From contig QPMI01000214.1 in NCBI GenBank assembly GCA_004431415.1, positions 62,001 through 126,000 of the forward strand: 64,000 bases of DNA. Direction: 5' to 3'. A model generated the notes under the pieces. It did no database searches. It saw nothing but the letters and a program-made list of their open reading frames with translations, and was not told where the DNA came from. Positions 23,159 through 35,152 of this stretch are shown here, piece by piece. Position 1 is the stretch's first letter. Every line of letters begins with the position of its first letter. A program made the translations under genes and the position numbers. The DNA is from Cyanophora paradoxa CCMP329. Taxonomy: Eukaryota; Plantae; Glaucophyta.

Positions 23159-24805
23159 ATGGGTGCTCTCTGCTGCAAGCCAGAGGCCAGCCCCGCAGCA
23201 AGGCACCCTGCACACACGGAGCCTCCGCCCCAGCAGTTCGGGAAGCCACAGAGCACGGCGCCTAGCGGTTCCTTGTTATTACAGACTCCTAGCCCTGGGA
23301 CGCACTCTCCGGCCGCCTCAAAAGGCCGGCCCACGAGCACATCCCCGCGTCGTAGCGCAGACCACCTCAGCGCGGCAGACTCAGAACGGGAAGCATTCAT
23401 CAAGGCAGAGATGAAGCGCAGGCGATCGAGCGCCGGTCCCGGCCTCGCCGGCCCCGGTGGCAATTCTGGGACCGTCACGCCCGAAGTGTCATTCAGGGCC
23501 AGGATCCTCGAAACAGAGGTATGCTCGTTCACTTGGTAGGCAATGCGCTGCTTTTGCCTGAACCCCCGCAGGATAACCCTAGCTCATTCAGGAGCTCCGT
23601 GAAAGGTAAGCTACTTGCTGAACCGCTTGCTAAACTCATCGTTTACCCGTATCGACAGGAAAACTGCTACTTCCGCCGGATCCAACCCATCTCGTGCAGG
23701 ACAGGAAAACTGCTGCTGCTAACGTAGAGCTTTGTATGCAAAATTTTTTACGAGATTCAGATTGGTTTTTACTTTATATCACTTATGCTATTGTTGCAGT
23801 AAAGCAGGTGTTCAAGCAGGTGAGCTCCCGCTGAATGCGATGGCGCCGGCCGCTTCATTTCGCGCGTGTTTCCGTATATCTCACACTCATTGGATCAATT
23901 TTCGACTCTTCTAGCTCGAGGAGAAGCATGCAGGGCAGATCAAGGCCTCGGAGCTCAAGCACGGTTTAAATGAGATCTTAGGGCATGCGGCCTCTGAGTC
24001 AGACGTGAGCGCCTACTCCTCGGGAATCTCCTTGCCTGCTGATATCGTCGCAGCTGTCCGAGGCCTTCACGAGGCTCGGCAAGTCAGCGGACTCCCCGAT
24101 CACTTGGGTACGTTGCTCTTTTCCTTTCCCTCCTCTCCTCTGTCTCCTCTTTTCATCTCATTTGGCGTTGCGCAGGACGAGGTGCCCGCCAGTGCTCTCG
24201 AGAGGTTTCCCCTTGTGTCCGAGTGCCTTCTCCTCGCAGTTCCTGGTGGCGTGCGGGACGGTCAAGGCGCCGTTTGACGAGGAGAAGCTAAAGAAGATGA
24301 AGGACTCGTTCCTCGGTGCGCCCCCGGCCCCTCGGCTGCCCCATCGCCGCCACCCACGCTGTCTCCCCCGGCGGCTCCCCCGCGGCTCTGCAGAGCTCGA
24401 CACGAACGGGAACGGGTACATTGAAGTGAACGAGCTTAAGCGGGCGATCGCGCACCTCGTTGGAGAGGACCCGAGCGACGAGCTCATGGTCGCGATCCTT
24501 CTGTGCGTCCCGCCCGCCCGCTCTTTTTCCCCCTCACCTCACCAGCGGCGCCCTCCCGAGCAGCAAGGCTGATTTCAACAAGGCCCGCCCCGCGCTCGTT
24601 TCACTGCCCCCCCTCCCCCGTGACGTGCTCTTGCAGGATGGCGCGATCACCTTCGACGAATATATCTGCACGGTGAGCCCCCGGCGCTCTCCTGCCTGCG
24701 TCGCGTAACCCCCGTGATCAGCTCTACCCCTGGTTCGAGTCCATTTCGCCCCTGGCAGGCAAGGAGAGGAAGCAGCGGCTCGCCCAGCTTGCCGTTGCCA
24801 GCTAG
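23159..24805 (+). CDS. EF-hand calcium-binding protein with N-terminal myristoylation/palmitoylation motif
   Basis: Starts MGALCC. EF loops DTNGNGYIEVNE and DFNK|DGAITFDE. Stop at 24803-24805. Confidence 0.8.
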
Positions 24806-25204
24806 CGACCCCGGCCCACCATTTCCGTCCCTTCGCCTCACCATCCCGCATCTGCTCCTCCTGTTATCCGATACCATACCCCTCTTCCAAATCTTGCCTT
24901 GGCGCATTGCATCCGTCCAAGTGTCTCCCGTTGTACAGCGCATTCCACAGCCCTTTTCCGAAAGTTCGTTTCTCCTCTTCACTGTCCATGTCAATCATGC
25001 CATGATGAATTGCAAACGCTTTAAGCTTAAGCAGCCTGGCAGCGCCGGTCGTTGTGATATACCTCGCGATCGGGCAGTGACGGGAACCCCTATATAGCTG
25101 CAGCTCCTAGGCTAGCTTCAAAGGCTTGCCGGGCCCATATATATAGCTCGGCCTGGCCTCCTGGCCGCCACTATCACTACCCGGGCCGGCTTGCCGGCTG
25201 TGAA

Positions 25205-25378
25205 ATGCGCTTCAAGGGAAACCGCCAGCTCTTCGTAGTGAGCGTATACATGCCGGCCACCCAGCGGAAGCCTGATCATGAGCACAAGACCGATCAGGCG
25301 GCGCTCCTCGAATGCATCGAGCGCATCTACGCGGACTTCCGATCGCGCTCGACCACGCACCTCATCCTTCTCAGAGGG
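25205..25378 (+). mobile_element. Possible relic of a non-LTR retrotransposon APE-type endonuclease
   Basis: RQLFVVSVYMP...HLILLRG resembles the xxxvYxP and xxilxGDFN motifs of LINE endonucleases. It is truncated at the 85-bp repeat. Confidence 0.45.
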
Positions 25379-25380
25379 TT

Positions 25381-25465
25381 ACGCTCTCACCCCGAACAGC
25401 ACGGGTATAGTTAAAGCGTTGACGGTCTAGGAGTGGTCCCGCGCGCCCGTAGCTTAGAAAGAGCA
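25381..25465 (+). repeat. 85-bp dispersed duplicate, copy 2
   Basis: Identical to 10412-10496. Confidence 0.92.
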
Positions 25466-25618
25466 GCTGCACACCCGACCAGCGCTGCAGGGACAGGGAG
25501 CTAGCTGCAGATCCAGAAGGCGCAGGCTATAGTTGACGCGGCCGCCTCAGCTGCTTCGAAATCGGAGCATCGGCGCTAAACGACATCGACGCGCAGGCCG
25601 GCCGCGTCTGTCCAGCCC

Positions 25619-26591
25619 ATGGGTGAGAGGAGAGTGGCTAGGCCACCATGGGATCTTAGCGCCCACAACTTCCGCCTCCCCGAATACAACAGCCTCCAAG
25701 ACCAGAACCTGCGTAGCTACTTCGGCAACAGGAGGGTGCAGCAGATTCTACACAAGCACGGTCTAGTGCGTCAGAGCTCGTACATCGGCCACCGCCGCCA
25801 TGCGGCAACGCCCTCTTGACGCCTGTGCTAAACTCGACCGTCCGCGCGTTCAGATCGACCGGGATGGGCGGGTTCTGGACGTGGAGAAGGCGAAGAGCAA
25901 GATCTTCATCATTGAGCAGGAGTTCAAGAACGCGGAGAAGGCCGAGCAGCTGCGAATCAAGGAAGAGGAAGAACTGAGGGTCCGCCGCCACATCCGAGAT
26001 GATGTCGCGCCCGTGTCGAGTCGCCCTCGCAGAGGCGAATTCAAATCAAGCGGCACGAGGCACTGGAGGACACACGGCGAGCGGAGCGGCTAGCGCGGAT
26101 GAAGGTGCGCGGATGCGGGGCGCCGGGGGCCGAGTGCGTGCCGCGCGTCGAGTCGGCGTGCCGCAGGAGGAGGCGCGACAAAGGCGAGAAATTATCCAGT
26201 CAATGTCAATGTTCCGCTACGGGCTCGAGCACTCCAAGTTCCGCACCGAGGCGCCCCCGGCCGCCAAGGTGCTGCGCCACGCGCAGGGCGACGGGCAGGG
26301 CGTGACGGAGCGGCAGAGGGTGGGCGAGCACGAGCCGGCGCGGGGGTCGGGAAGCGGGGCGGAGGAGGGGCAGGCGCTGGGGACGGAGGAGGACATTCTC
26401 GAGGCGCTGCTGCGCGAGGGCTTCGACCGGTGCGCGGCCCTTCCCCGCCCCGCCCGGCCGGCCCGGGACGAGGCGGGGCGGGGCGCAGGGCGCGGGTCGG
26501 GGGCGACGAGGACGAGGAGGACCTGGAGGCGCGCTACGGGAAGGACTACGCCGGCCTCGGCGACTTCCTCGTCAAGACGGAGAAAGAGTAG
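25619..26591 (+). CDS. ERICH3 N-terminal-like coiled-coil protein (probably ciliary)
   Basis: YNSLQDQNLRSYFGNRRVQQILHKHGL|IDRDGRVL resembles the ERICH3 N-terminal motif, followed by an E/R/K coiled coil. TAG at 26589-26591. Confidence 0.6.
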
Positions 26592-27237
26592 CCGCCTCCT
26601 TCCAATGCAGCCAGCCGCTACAATCAAGATGTGCTGCTAGCTAGCCGCTAGCGAACATCACGTGTCACGATCAAATGCAGACAGCCGCAGACAGCTCTTG
26701 GAAGGGGCCCGTCGAGTCGCGGCGTCGACGTCGCGACGCCGACGACTCGGCGACGACCACCACCGCGGCCGTGTGCTACTAATTATAATACTACCATGCA
26801 GCAGGCTCTGAGGTTATGATCGTGCATTAATTTGTTCAGTGTAGCTGCCGATCATCTCGATCATTGGATCACTGAGTCGACGACATGACTCAGTGAGCCG
26901 CGCTGAGCTTATATAATTCAAGATGATTAGCTATAGCGGCGCCGCCGCGGCGTGGCCGGGCTGATCGAGAAATATTAATGTACAAACTTTGAAAGCTGAT
27001 AATGAGCGGCGCCCGAAGTCCATATGCATCGATATCGCCAGCAATAAAGTACACCGAGGGTCCGACCGGCGACGGTCAGGGCCCCCGGGGAGAGACTCGA
27101 GACACTGAGTGACGTGATATTCCAGGTCCCCGGGCCCCGCCCCGGGGCCCCGAAGGCGAACGCGCTGTCAAGACCGGACTTTGTTCTCCGGATCCCGAGG
27201 AGCTCCGGACCCGGGAATTGAGGCCGCCGGACTAGCG

Positions 27238-30200
27238 CTAGAGTCGGGCTCGCGTCACGCCGACCTGGGAGGGCGAGGTTGGGCACGTGAGGCGGGTGGG
27301 GGAAGAAGGCGGGCGGGATAAGAGGAGGAGGAGGAGGGGGGGAGGGGGGGGAGGGGGGAGGGGGGGGGGGGGAGGGGGGAGGGGGGGGAGAGGGGGGGGG
27401 AGGAGGGAGGCGCACGCGATTGAGGTAGTGCTGCAAAAATGGTAGATCGAGGTGGCGCATGAGAAAGTCGAAAGAGGGCGGGAATGGGAATGGAAGGGAA
27501 GCTCGGTCGAGGCACCTCGAAGGGGTCACCCTGGGCCTTCCCCAGCGGGGCGTTGAGCAGCTCGTCGGGGACTGCGCGCGCTGGCACGTCAGCGGCGCGC
27601 TCGCGCGGGAGGGGGGCGTGGAGGGGAGGAGGGGAGCGGGGGGAGGGAGGGGCGGGGGGTCCGGCGGGCGGGCGGGGGGTCGGGCGCACTGCCCCAGGCG
27701 TCGATGAGGTCGAGGGCGCTGACGCGAACCTCGCGGCAGAGGGCCACCACCTGCCGCCGCACCTCCTTGCCCCGCCCCCGCGTCAGGAACTCGTGCGCCC
27801 GGAACGAGCCTGCGCGGCTCCCCTGCGTGAGCCGCCCACGCAGAGCGGCGCGAGGCGGGGACGGGGCAGACCGAGGTCCGAGTCGATGCGGGAGAGGGCG
27901 TAAAGGTCGCAGAGGGCCTTCAGGACCGGCCGGCACTCGGGCGGCGCCCCGCGGACGGCGGCCTGGAACTGCTCGAGGATAACCCGCTCGACGTGCGCCT
28001 GCGCCGCCTCCAGCAGGTGGCCCAGGCACTCGTTCCAAGCCTGCGCGCATGCGTAGCGCGCCCGGCGGGGCCCGCTCAGCCGCCGCCCAAGCCTAGACTG
28101 GAACGGCAGGCGCTGGGAGGCAAGGGGGCTCGCGGACCTCGAAGAAGCCGAGGCCGGCGGCGGTGCGCTTGCGGAGGCGCAGGGCCGCCGTGTGCACCAG
28201 CCGCCCCTCCCGGAAGCCGAACGCCGCCAGCTGCCGCCCCCGGCCCCCTCAGCGCTCCCAGAATTCGCGAAACGCAGCGGGGCTGGCACCTGGTAGGCGG
28301 GGTCCGAGAGGTCCCCAGCGGCGTCCACGGGCCGGTGCTCCATCGCCCACACCCGCACCTGCCGCCTGTCAGGGGCCTTCCCCCCCGGCGCCCTGTCGCC
28401 CCCCGCAGACCGCGTGGCCGACGTAGGCGAGCGCGCCGCTCACGCCCCGCCCCGCGCGGCGCCGGTACTCGGTAAGGAGCGCCTTTGCGACCTGCTGCAT
28501 GAGGACCGTGTTGTCCCCCTCGCTGCCGCCCCGCGCGCATCAGGGCGGCGACGGGCAGCGAGGGCGGGGGGGCGAGGGGCGGACAACGTCGTGAAGATGT
28601 CGTGGTCGTTGCGGAGCGTCCCGATCCGGTTGTACGCGCTGTACCCGTGCCCACCTGCGCCGCCCCGCGTGAGGGCTCCCAGGGGATCGGAGTGGCGGGG
28701 GCTTGTACCGCAAGCCTCCCGGCACACCTGCGCCGCCCCGCGTGAGGGCTCCCGGGGGACCGGAGTGGCGGGGGCGTGGTGGCGGGGGCGGGGGCGGGCC
28801 TGGAGGGCCTTGGCGGTGTGGGAGGTGATGTGGGCCTTGAGGCCGGCCGAGAGGGCGTGCACCTCCGCCGCGTCCCCCGCCCCCCGCTCTGTCTCCGCCA
28901 CCCCCGCTCGCCCCCCCGGCGCCGGGCGGGGCCGGGCCGGGCCGGGCGGGGCACCGGTGTAGCGGCGGACGAGGTAGCGCGCGGCGCTGCGCAACGATGT
29001 CGCGGTCGCTGCGGGCGCTGGCGGCGAGCATCGAAACCAAAAGCTGCGCACAAGTCATGCGCGTAGGCAGCCGCGAGGAGCGGCATCAGCTTGATCTGCT
29101 GCGTCTGGTAGTCCAGCACCGCTGCGCCCCGCGACCGTCAGCGCCCCGCCCCGCGGCGCCGGGCGGGCGGGCGGACAGATCTCGGGGCCGGTGGGGGGCC
29201 CGAACTGGCGGCGGGCGGCGCCGTAGCGGATGGCGATGGCGGTGGCGAGGCGGAGGACGGCGACGGAGCCCATGGCGAGGCCGACGCGCCCGCCCGTGAG
29301 CTCCCCAACAACAGCTCCAAATCGCTTCTCGGCGTTGGGGATCGGCGTCTTGTACACGCCGGCCTCCGAGACGCCCCCGAAGCGGTCCAGCAGCGCCTCC
29401 CGCGGCACCCGCACCCGCTCGAACCGCATCCACCCGTTGTCCACCCCGTTGAGCCCTACCTTCGGCCTGCCGCGCCCGCCGCCGCGTCGGCCGGGGCGCT
29501 CGAGCGCAGAGGCGGGGGTCTGGGGCGCGCCCGCAGTCGCCGATGGTGACGCCGGGGAGGGTCTTGCCCGTGTCGGGGTCCCGCAGCGGCACCAGGATCG
29601 CGTGCACGCCCTGCGCCCCGCCCGCTCGCCACCGCCGTCGCCCCGCCCGGCCCCGCGCAGGGCGCGCCGCGCACGTGGTCTTCCCCCCCGACGAGGAGCC
29701 TGAGCGCACAGGGGCTGTTGACGCGGCGCTGCCAGGGAGCGGCGGGGCGGGGCGCCGTACCGTGCAAACACCGTCGCCATCAGCCCGTGCGCTGCCGCCC
29801 CGACCCCGGGTCACACGCCGCCCCGCAGCGCTCGCGATCGGGCGCAGGGCGCACTCGCGGCGTTCCCGATCCACCTGCGGACGAACGCTTAGGTCAGGCA
29901 ACTGCAAGGAGCCGGGGGCGGGGGGAGGGGGGGGGGGGGGGGGGTGAAGCTGGCTTGCGGCCCTCCCTTTTCCGTGGGCAGCCGCACCACTTCAAGGCGG
30001 AATCGTTCGGAGTGTGGACGACGAACTCGCGCGCCGCGGAGTCCCACGCAGCGGTCGTCTCGATACCACGGACGTTTGACCCGTGGCTGCCGCCCCTTGG
30101 ACTCAGCGCCCCGGCCCGGGGGGCGGCGATTGCGGAGGCCGGAAGCTACCCGAGCTCCCTGCGGCGAGGTGCATGAGGCGGACGGCGACGGCAATCGCAG

Positions 30201-31152
30201 GCGGGGGCGCAGCAGAATCGCAGGCGGATGCGCACGTCATGGCAAAGCAGCCCGGGAGGTCAATCTTGTCGATCAGGTCTAGCAGCTGCGTGGGAAGGGG
30301 GCTCAGGGTCAGCCGCCGCCCGCCCGGCCCGCCACACGCGCTCGCAGGGCGTTCGCGGCGCCACCTTAGCGTGGTGCATCTGCGGCCGCGGGAGGGCGCA
30401 CGTGAGCGCAAGATGCCGCCGGGGTGGGCAGGGCGCGGACCTCGGTGCCGAGGTTGAGGACGGAGCCGCCCCAGAGGCTGAACTGCACTCCCGTCTTGAT
30501 CACTGCGCATGCGCGAACGTGAGCGCACCTCGAGCCGCACAAGCACGTCGGGACCTTCTTACGTGCCCAGGCTCAGATCAAAGTAGCACACGCCCTGCGT
30601 TCTCTCTGCTCAGCAGGTGCACCCGCGCGGCCCGGGCTTGCGGATGGCGCCGCGCCGGCGGGCATTGGGGGCGGCGGGCAGGCAGGCGGGCCGCGCCTCG
30701 AAAGCGGCGAAGTAGCGAGCCGGCTTGTTCTTAAGGTCGCGCACCTGCGGCCCGCGTGTTGAGGAAGGGGGGGCCCGAGCGGCGTTTAAGCCGCACCCTA
30801 AGGAAACCGTTCTTTGCAAGAACGCGGAGCTGCTGGAGAACGCGCTCCCTGTGGGCCTCTTTGTTCGATTCAACATCGAAGCAAAAGACTGGATCGCTGC
30901 GCTGCCGTAAGTCTCACATCGCTGCGCCCGCCGAAGGCGCGCGCGCGCGCGCGCCTACGAATCAGGTCTATGACCCGCCGGCGGGTTTCCACGATTTCCG
31001 GGTCTGCACCGAGCAGATATGTCTTCAATACCTGCGTCATAAGACGATCGCGCGTCACAGATGAGCGCGCGGGCCGCGGCGTTGGTATTCACCGACTGCC
31101 AATTCGCTTTGCTGCCGCCGCTGGGACCGGCCGAGCGAGAAGGACGCGACAT
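27238..31152 (-). CDS. ACOX: Peroxisomal acyl-CoA oxidase
   Basis: [67 protein letters not shown] and TTFEGDNTVL. C-terminal PTS1-like ARL*. Confidence 0.93.
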
Positions 31153-31424
31153 CTTGCGCGTACGTGACTTGTAGAGCTACGGGCGAGCTTCTCGAGCGAG
31201 ATCTCTTCTACGGGCGCAACCGCTGACGGATATCAGGCTCGGATCGGCTGAGCGGATCGATACAGATCGCCTGTGTAGAGAGAAAGTAGGACGGGCCACG
31301 GAGAGCAGATCGCCAGTAAAATGGGAAAGCGGCCAGCGACGAGCTTAAGTACCAGTGAGGACTCGCTCGTACCCCACTCGAGGCCCTCGTCGCCCCTCGA
31401 GTCGCCAACGCCGCACCGCGCGCG

Positions 31425-34233
31425 ATGGAGTGCCGGATTGCGGCATTCTTGACGGGTCTCGGCTGCCAAGGCTGCGCAAATCGGGCCCCGCTGCGATTTG
31501 CGCCACCAGCAGCTCCGACTGAGGAACAGAGGAACAGATCACGTGCACGTATACGGCAAGGCCTCTCGAGGACATCGAGGACATTCACGTACGCGCCGGT
31601 TTGGCACGGGCATTCACGTTCGTACGCGACCGTCTCCCGGCTGCTGGGCCCGCTGCGCCCCGCGCGGCGCGGAGATGCACCTGAGCTGCCGGACGACGCG
31701 CTGCATGAAGAGGGCGGGACCGAGGGGTTGCTGGAGAGCGCCGGCCTGTCCCCCGCCGAAATCGCGTGCCTGGACGAGGTTGCGAGGCGGGCGCCGGCGG
31801 ACGTCCTGCGGGTCCTGTACGAGCACATCGAGCCCTACGCGCCCGCAGCTGCAGAGCTGCAGCTCTCCGGGCTGCGGCTCATGAGCTTTCGGGACTTTCT
31901 CGTCGAGAAGCGCGAGGCGAGCGGCAACTGCCTCCGCACCCTCTCCCTCCTCGTGCCGCCCCGCCCCCGGCTCCCTCGCCGCCGCAGCTATCCGACGGCG
32001 TGCGCCTCGCAGCATTCTGCGGGGGTCGACGCGGCGGGGCTCGACAAGGCGCGCGGCGCGCGGCTCCGCCTGGCGGGCGGGGGCGGGTGACGCGGCGCGC
32101 AGCTGCTGTCGACGTGCGCGGAGCTCTCCGACTTCACCGGCTCGGGCCTCGCCGCCGTGCGTCCTCTACGCCGCCCCCGCCGGGCGCAGCGCGGGGCGCG
32201 GGGCGCACGGGACGGGGGCCGCAGAGCGACGTGGAGGCGCTGCTGGAGACCCTGCGCGGGCCCGTGGGCCTCGCCGGCCCCGAGCCGGCCCGCCTCCTCT
32301 GCTCCAGGCCCGCCCTCCTCCCCGCCGCGCCCCGCCTCCCCGCCACCGTCGACGCCCTCCGAGTCCGCCCCGCCGCCCTATCTCCATCGCCGGCCTCGCG
32401 CACTGCGGCCGACGCCCCGCGGCAGGCGGGCGGCCTGCAGGGCCCTCTGCTGCGCGCCGCGGCGCTCCGCCTCCCCTCCATCCTCCTCCTTGAGCCGGCG
32501 CAGGCCCGCCAGCCGCCCCCGCCGGCCGGCCCCGGCCCTCGCCGCCGGCCGACGCTCGGGGGGCCGGCAGGCGGGGGCGGTGCTTGCGTTCCTGGCCGAG
32601 GAGGTGTACCCGGAGGCGGAGGGGGCGGGGGCGGCCTTTGCGGCGCGCTGGCCGGCGGTGCTCGGGCTGAGCGTCGACCGCGTCCTCCGCCCCAAGCTCC
32701 GCTGGCTCGCCCTCAATGGCTTCTCGACAACCGTGCCCCGCCCCGCCCCGCGACCCCCCGGCGCCCGATCCCAGCGAGGCAGGACCTGTGGCGCGCCCCG
32801 GGCTACTTCGCCGCCTCCCTCTCAGGCCGCGTGGCGCCGCGCTGCGCGTACCTGCGGGCCCTGCGCGCGGCGGCCGGGGAGGCGGGGCGGGAGGCGGGGG
32901 CGGTGGCGCCGCTGGAGGACCTGGTCTCGCTCTCGGACGGGGAGCTGGCGGCCCGCTACTCGTTCCTCCTCCGCGACTTCGCCCGCTTCCGCCGCGCCCG
33001 CGAGAAGCTCGACGGCGCCCGCCGCGTCCGCCGCTTCCTCACGGCCCGCCCCCGCCCCCTCCGCCCCCTCGCCGCCCCCGCTGAGGTGGTCCGCGCAGGA
33101 GCTGGGCCTCTCGGAAGAGGAGGCGGAGGAGGCGCTGCGGCGGCGGCCGTCGCTGGCGGCGGCGTCGGTCGGGCAGGAGCTCTCCCCCGTGCGGGCCCTC
33201 CTGGAGGCGGCCGGCCTCGCGCGCGCCGACATCGCCGCCGCCGCGCGCCGCTTCCCCGCGGCGCTGCGGTGCTACGGGGCGGGCGGGGCGTGCCGCAGCC
33301 GCAGGGCGAGGCGCTCCACTTCCTCCAGAGGCGCCCCGCCCGCCCCCCGCCCCCGCCCCGCCGCGCTGAGGGCCGGCAGCGTGCTGGGGCTGCGGGGGGA
33401 GCGGCTGGCGCGCGTCGTGGCGCGCTTCCCGCAGGCGCTGACGCTGGCGCGGGAGACGCTGGAGGGGAAGGCGGAGTTCTTCCTCGACGCCGGCCTCTCC
33501 CGGGCGCAGCTCGGAGACATGGTCGCCACCTACCCCAACCTCCTCGGCCCGCCCCCGCCCCCGCCCCGCCCCCCGAGGCCCCGCTGACGCCCCCGCAGGC
33601 TTCTCCGTGGCCGGCTCGCTGGCGCCGAAGGCGGCGGCGCTGGCGGAGGAGGCGGCGTACGGGGGCGGCCTGCGCGCGGCCGTCGCCTTCCCCCAGTTCT
33701 TCTCCCTCTCCCTCGAGGAGCGCATCGCCCCGCGCCTCGCCTTCCTCCACGCCACCGGCCGCGCCGGCTCCGTACCCCTCAAGGCACCCCACCCCCTCCC
33801 CCTCCGCCCCGCCCCGCCCCGCCCCGCCCACGGCTGTCGCAGCGCGTCCTCGACTGCAGCGACGAGCGGTTCGCAAGCACCATCGCCCGAGCGCCCCTCG
33901 AGGGTGCCCTCCTCCCCCCTCCCCCTTCCCCCCCTTTCTTCCCCCCTCCCCCGCCCCGCCGCCGACGCGCCGGCAGAGTACCTGCGCTTCCGGGAGGAGC
34001 ACCGCTCGCAGCGCCTCCGCGCCGCCGCCCTCTCTGCCGCTCCCGCCGGCGCCCCGCCCCACGACCCGGCGGCGCCTTCCCCGCATCCAGACGCGGAGCG
34101 GGCGGGGGCGGGGAAGGGGCTGCAGGCGGGAGGCGCTGATCAGGAGGGCGAGGCCGAGGATGAGCTGCCGGATTGCGAGGCGCCCCAGCCCCGGCGCCGC
34201 CGCGGCCGCCCGCCCCGCGCCCGCTCCCTGTAG
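31425..34233 (+). CDS. mTERF-repeat protein with organelle transit peptide
   Basis: WPAVLGLSVDRVLRPKLRWL, FPQALTLARETLEGKAEFF, YPNLLG|FSVAGSLAPK and FPQFFSLSLEERIAPRLAFL. Confidence 0.85.
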
Positions 34234-35152
34234 ACCCCGCCTCCCGGAGTCGTCCCCCGACCCCTTTCGCAATTGGAATACGGCTCGAGCTGCTCGCAAT
34301 CGAGGCGCCCCGCCGCGGCCAACCGCCCATGGCCACGCCGCCCCCTGCCCCGTCGATCGCGACAACCGTGGCAACCCTCCGCATGCGCATGCTTGCGCGG
34401 GGCGCGCCACCCGCGGCGACGTGCATCTGGATCGCGTCCCCAGGCCAGATCATGATCATCGGATCTCCGAGGCTTGAGGGCGACCCGCCGATCGCGATCG
34501 CGAGTCGAGCCGCTGAGCTCTGAGGCTCGCGATCGCGATCTGCTGGAAGTCAAGCCCCTGATCAATTGCCGCAGTGCAAAGTCCGACGTCGACGTCGACT
34601 CGTCGACCGTCGGACCCCGACCGTACGTACTACTACTACGGTAGCTACTAGGCTAGTGAATCACTGCCTCAACTTAGAGTCAACTGTGACCGTCACGGCG
34701 TCGGACACTCCGTGACCGTGGCTGATCTTGAGTCAAACCCGAAGCTTAATATAAGCTTGAGCCCCGGCGCGCCCAACTTGAATAATTGGCAAATCAATGA
34801 GTCAAGGCGGCTCCGAGGCTCGGCGATCCAAATTGATCATGATCGTGAAGTCCGACGCCGTGATCATGACCAACCAATTGCAGTTAATTATAACGACGGT
34901 TCCGGCCGCGGTCCGGAATCCAAGGCCTAGGGCATCATGGCATCTCTTTGGCAAGCTTATAATTAAGGCCCAAATCATGAGCAAAGAGAGCGTGGGCCGC
35001 ACTTTGTCACGATCAAATGCAGACGATTGTGCAGATAAAAAGTGGTACAGCATATACAGAGTCCGCGTTGCATTCTGGACCGCGTATAAAAGTGTCCGTG
35101 TGTGACTGGTTCTAGTGGACTGCATTCTGGAGGGGTGACTGGTTCAACGGTT

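Noticed and set aside
24728-24745. tRNA T-loop/B-box-like GGTTCGAGTCC
   Set aside because: No cloverleaf can be formed, and it lies in the last coding exon of the EF-hand gene.
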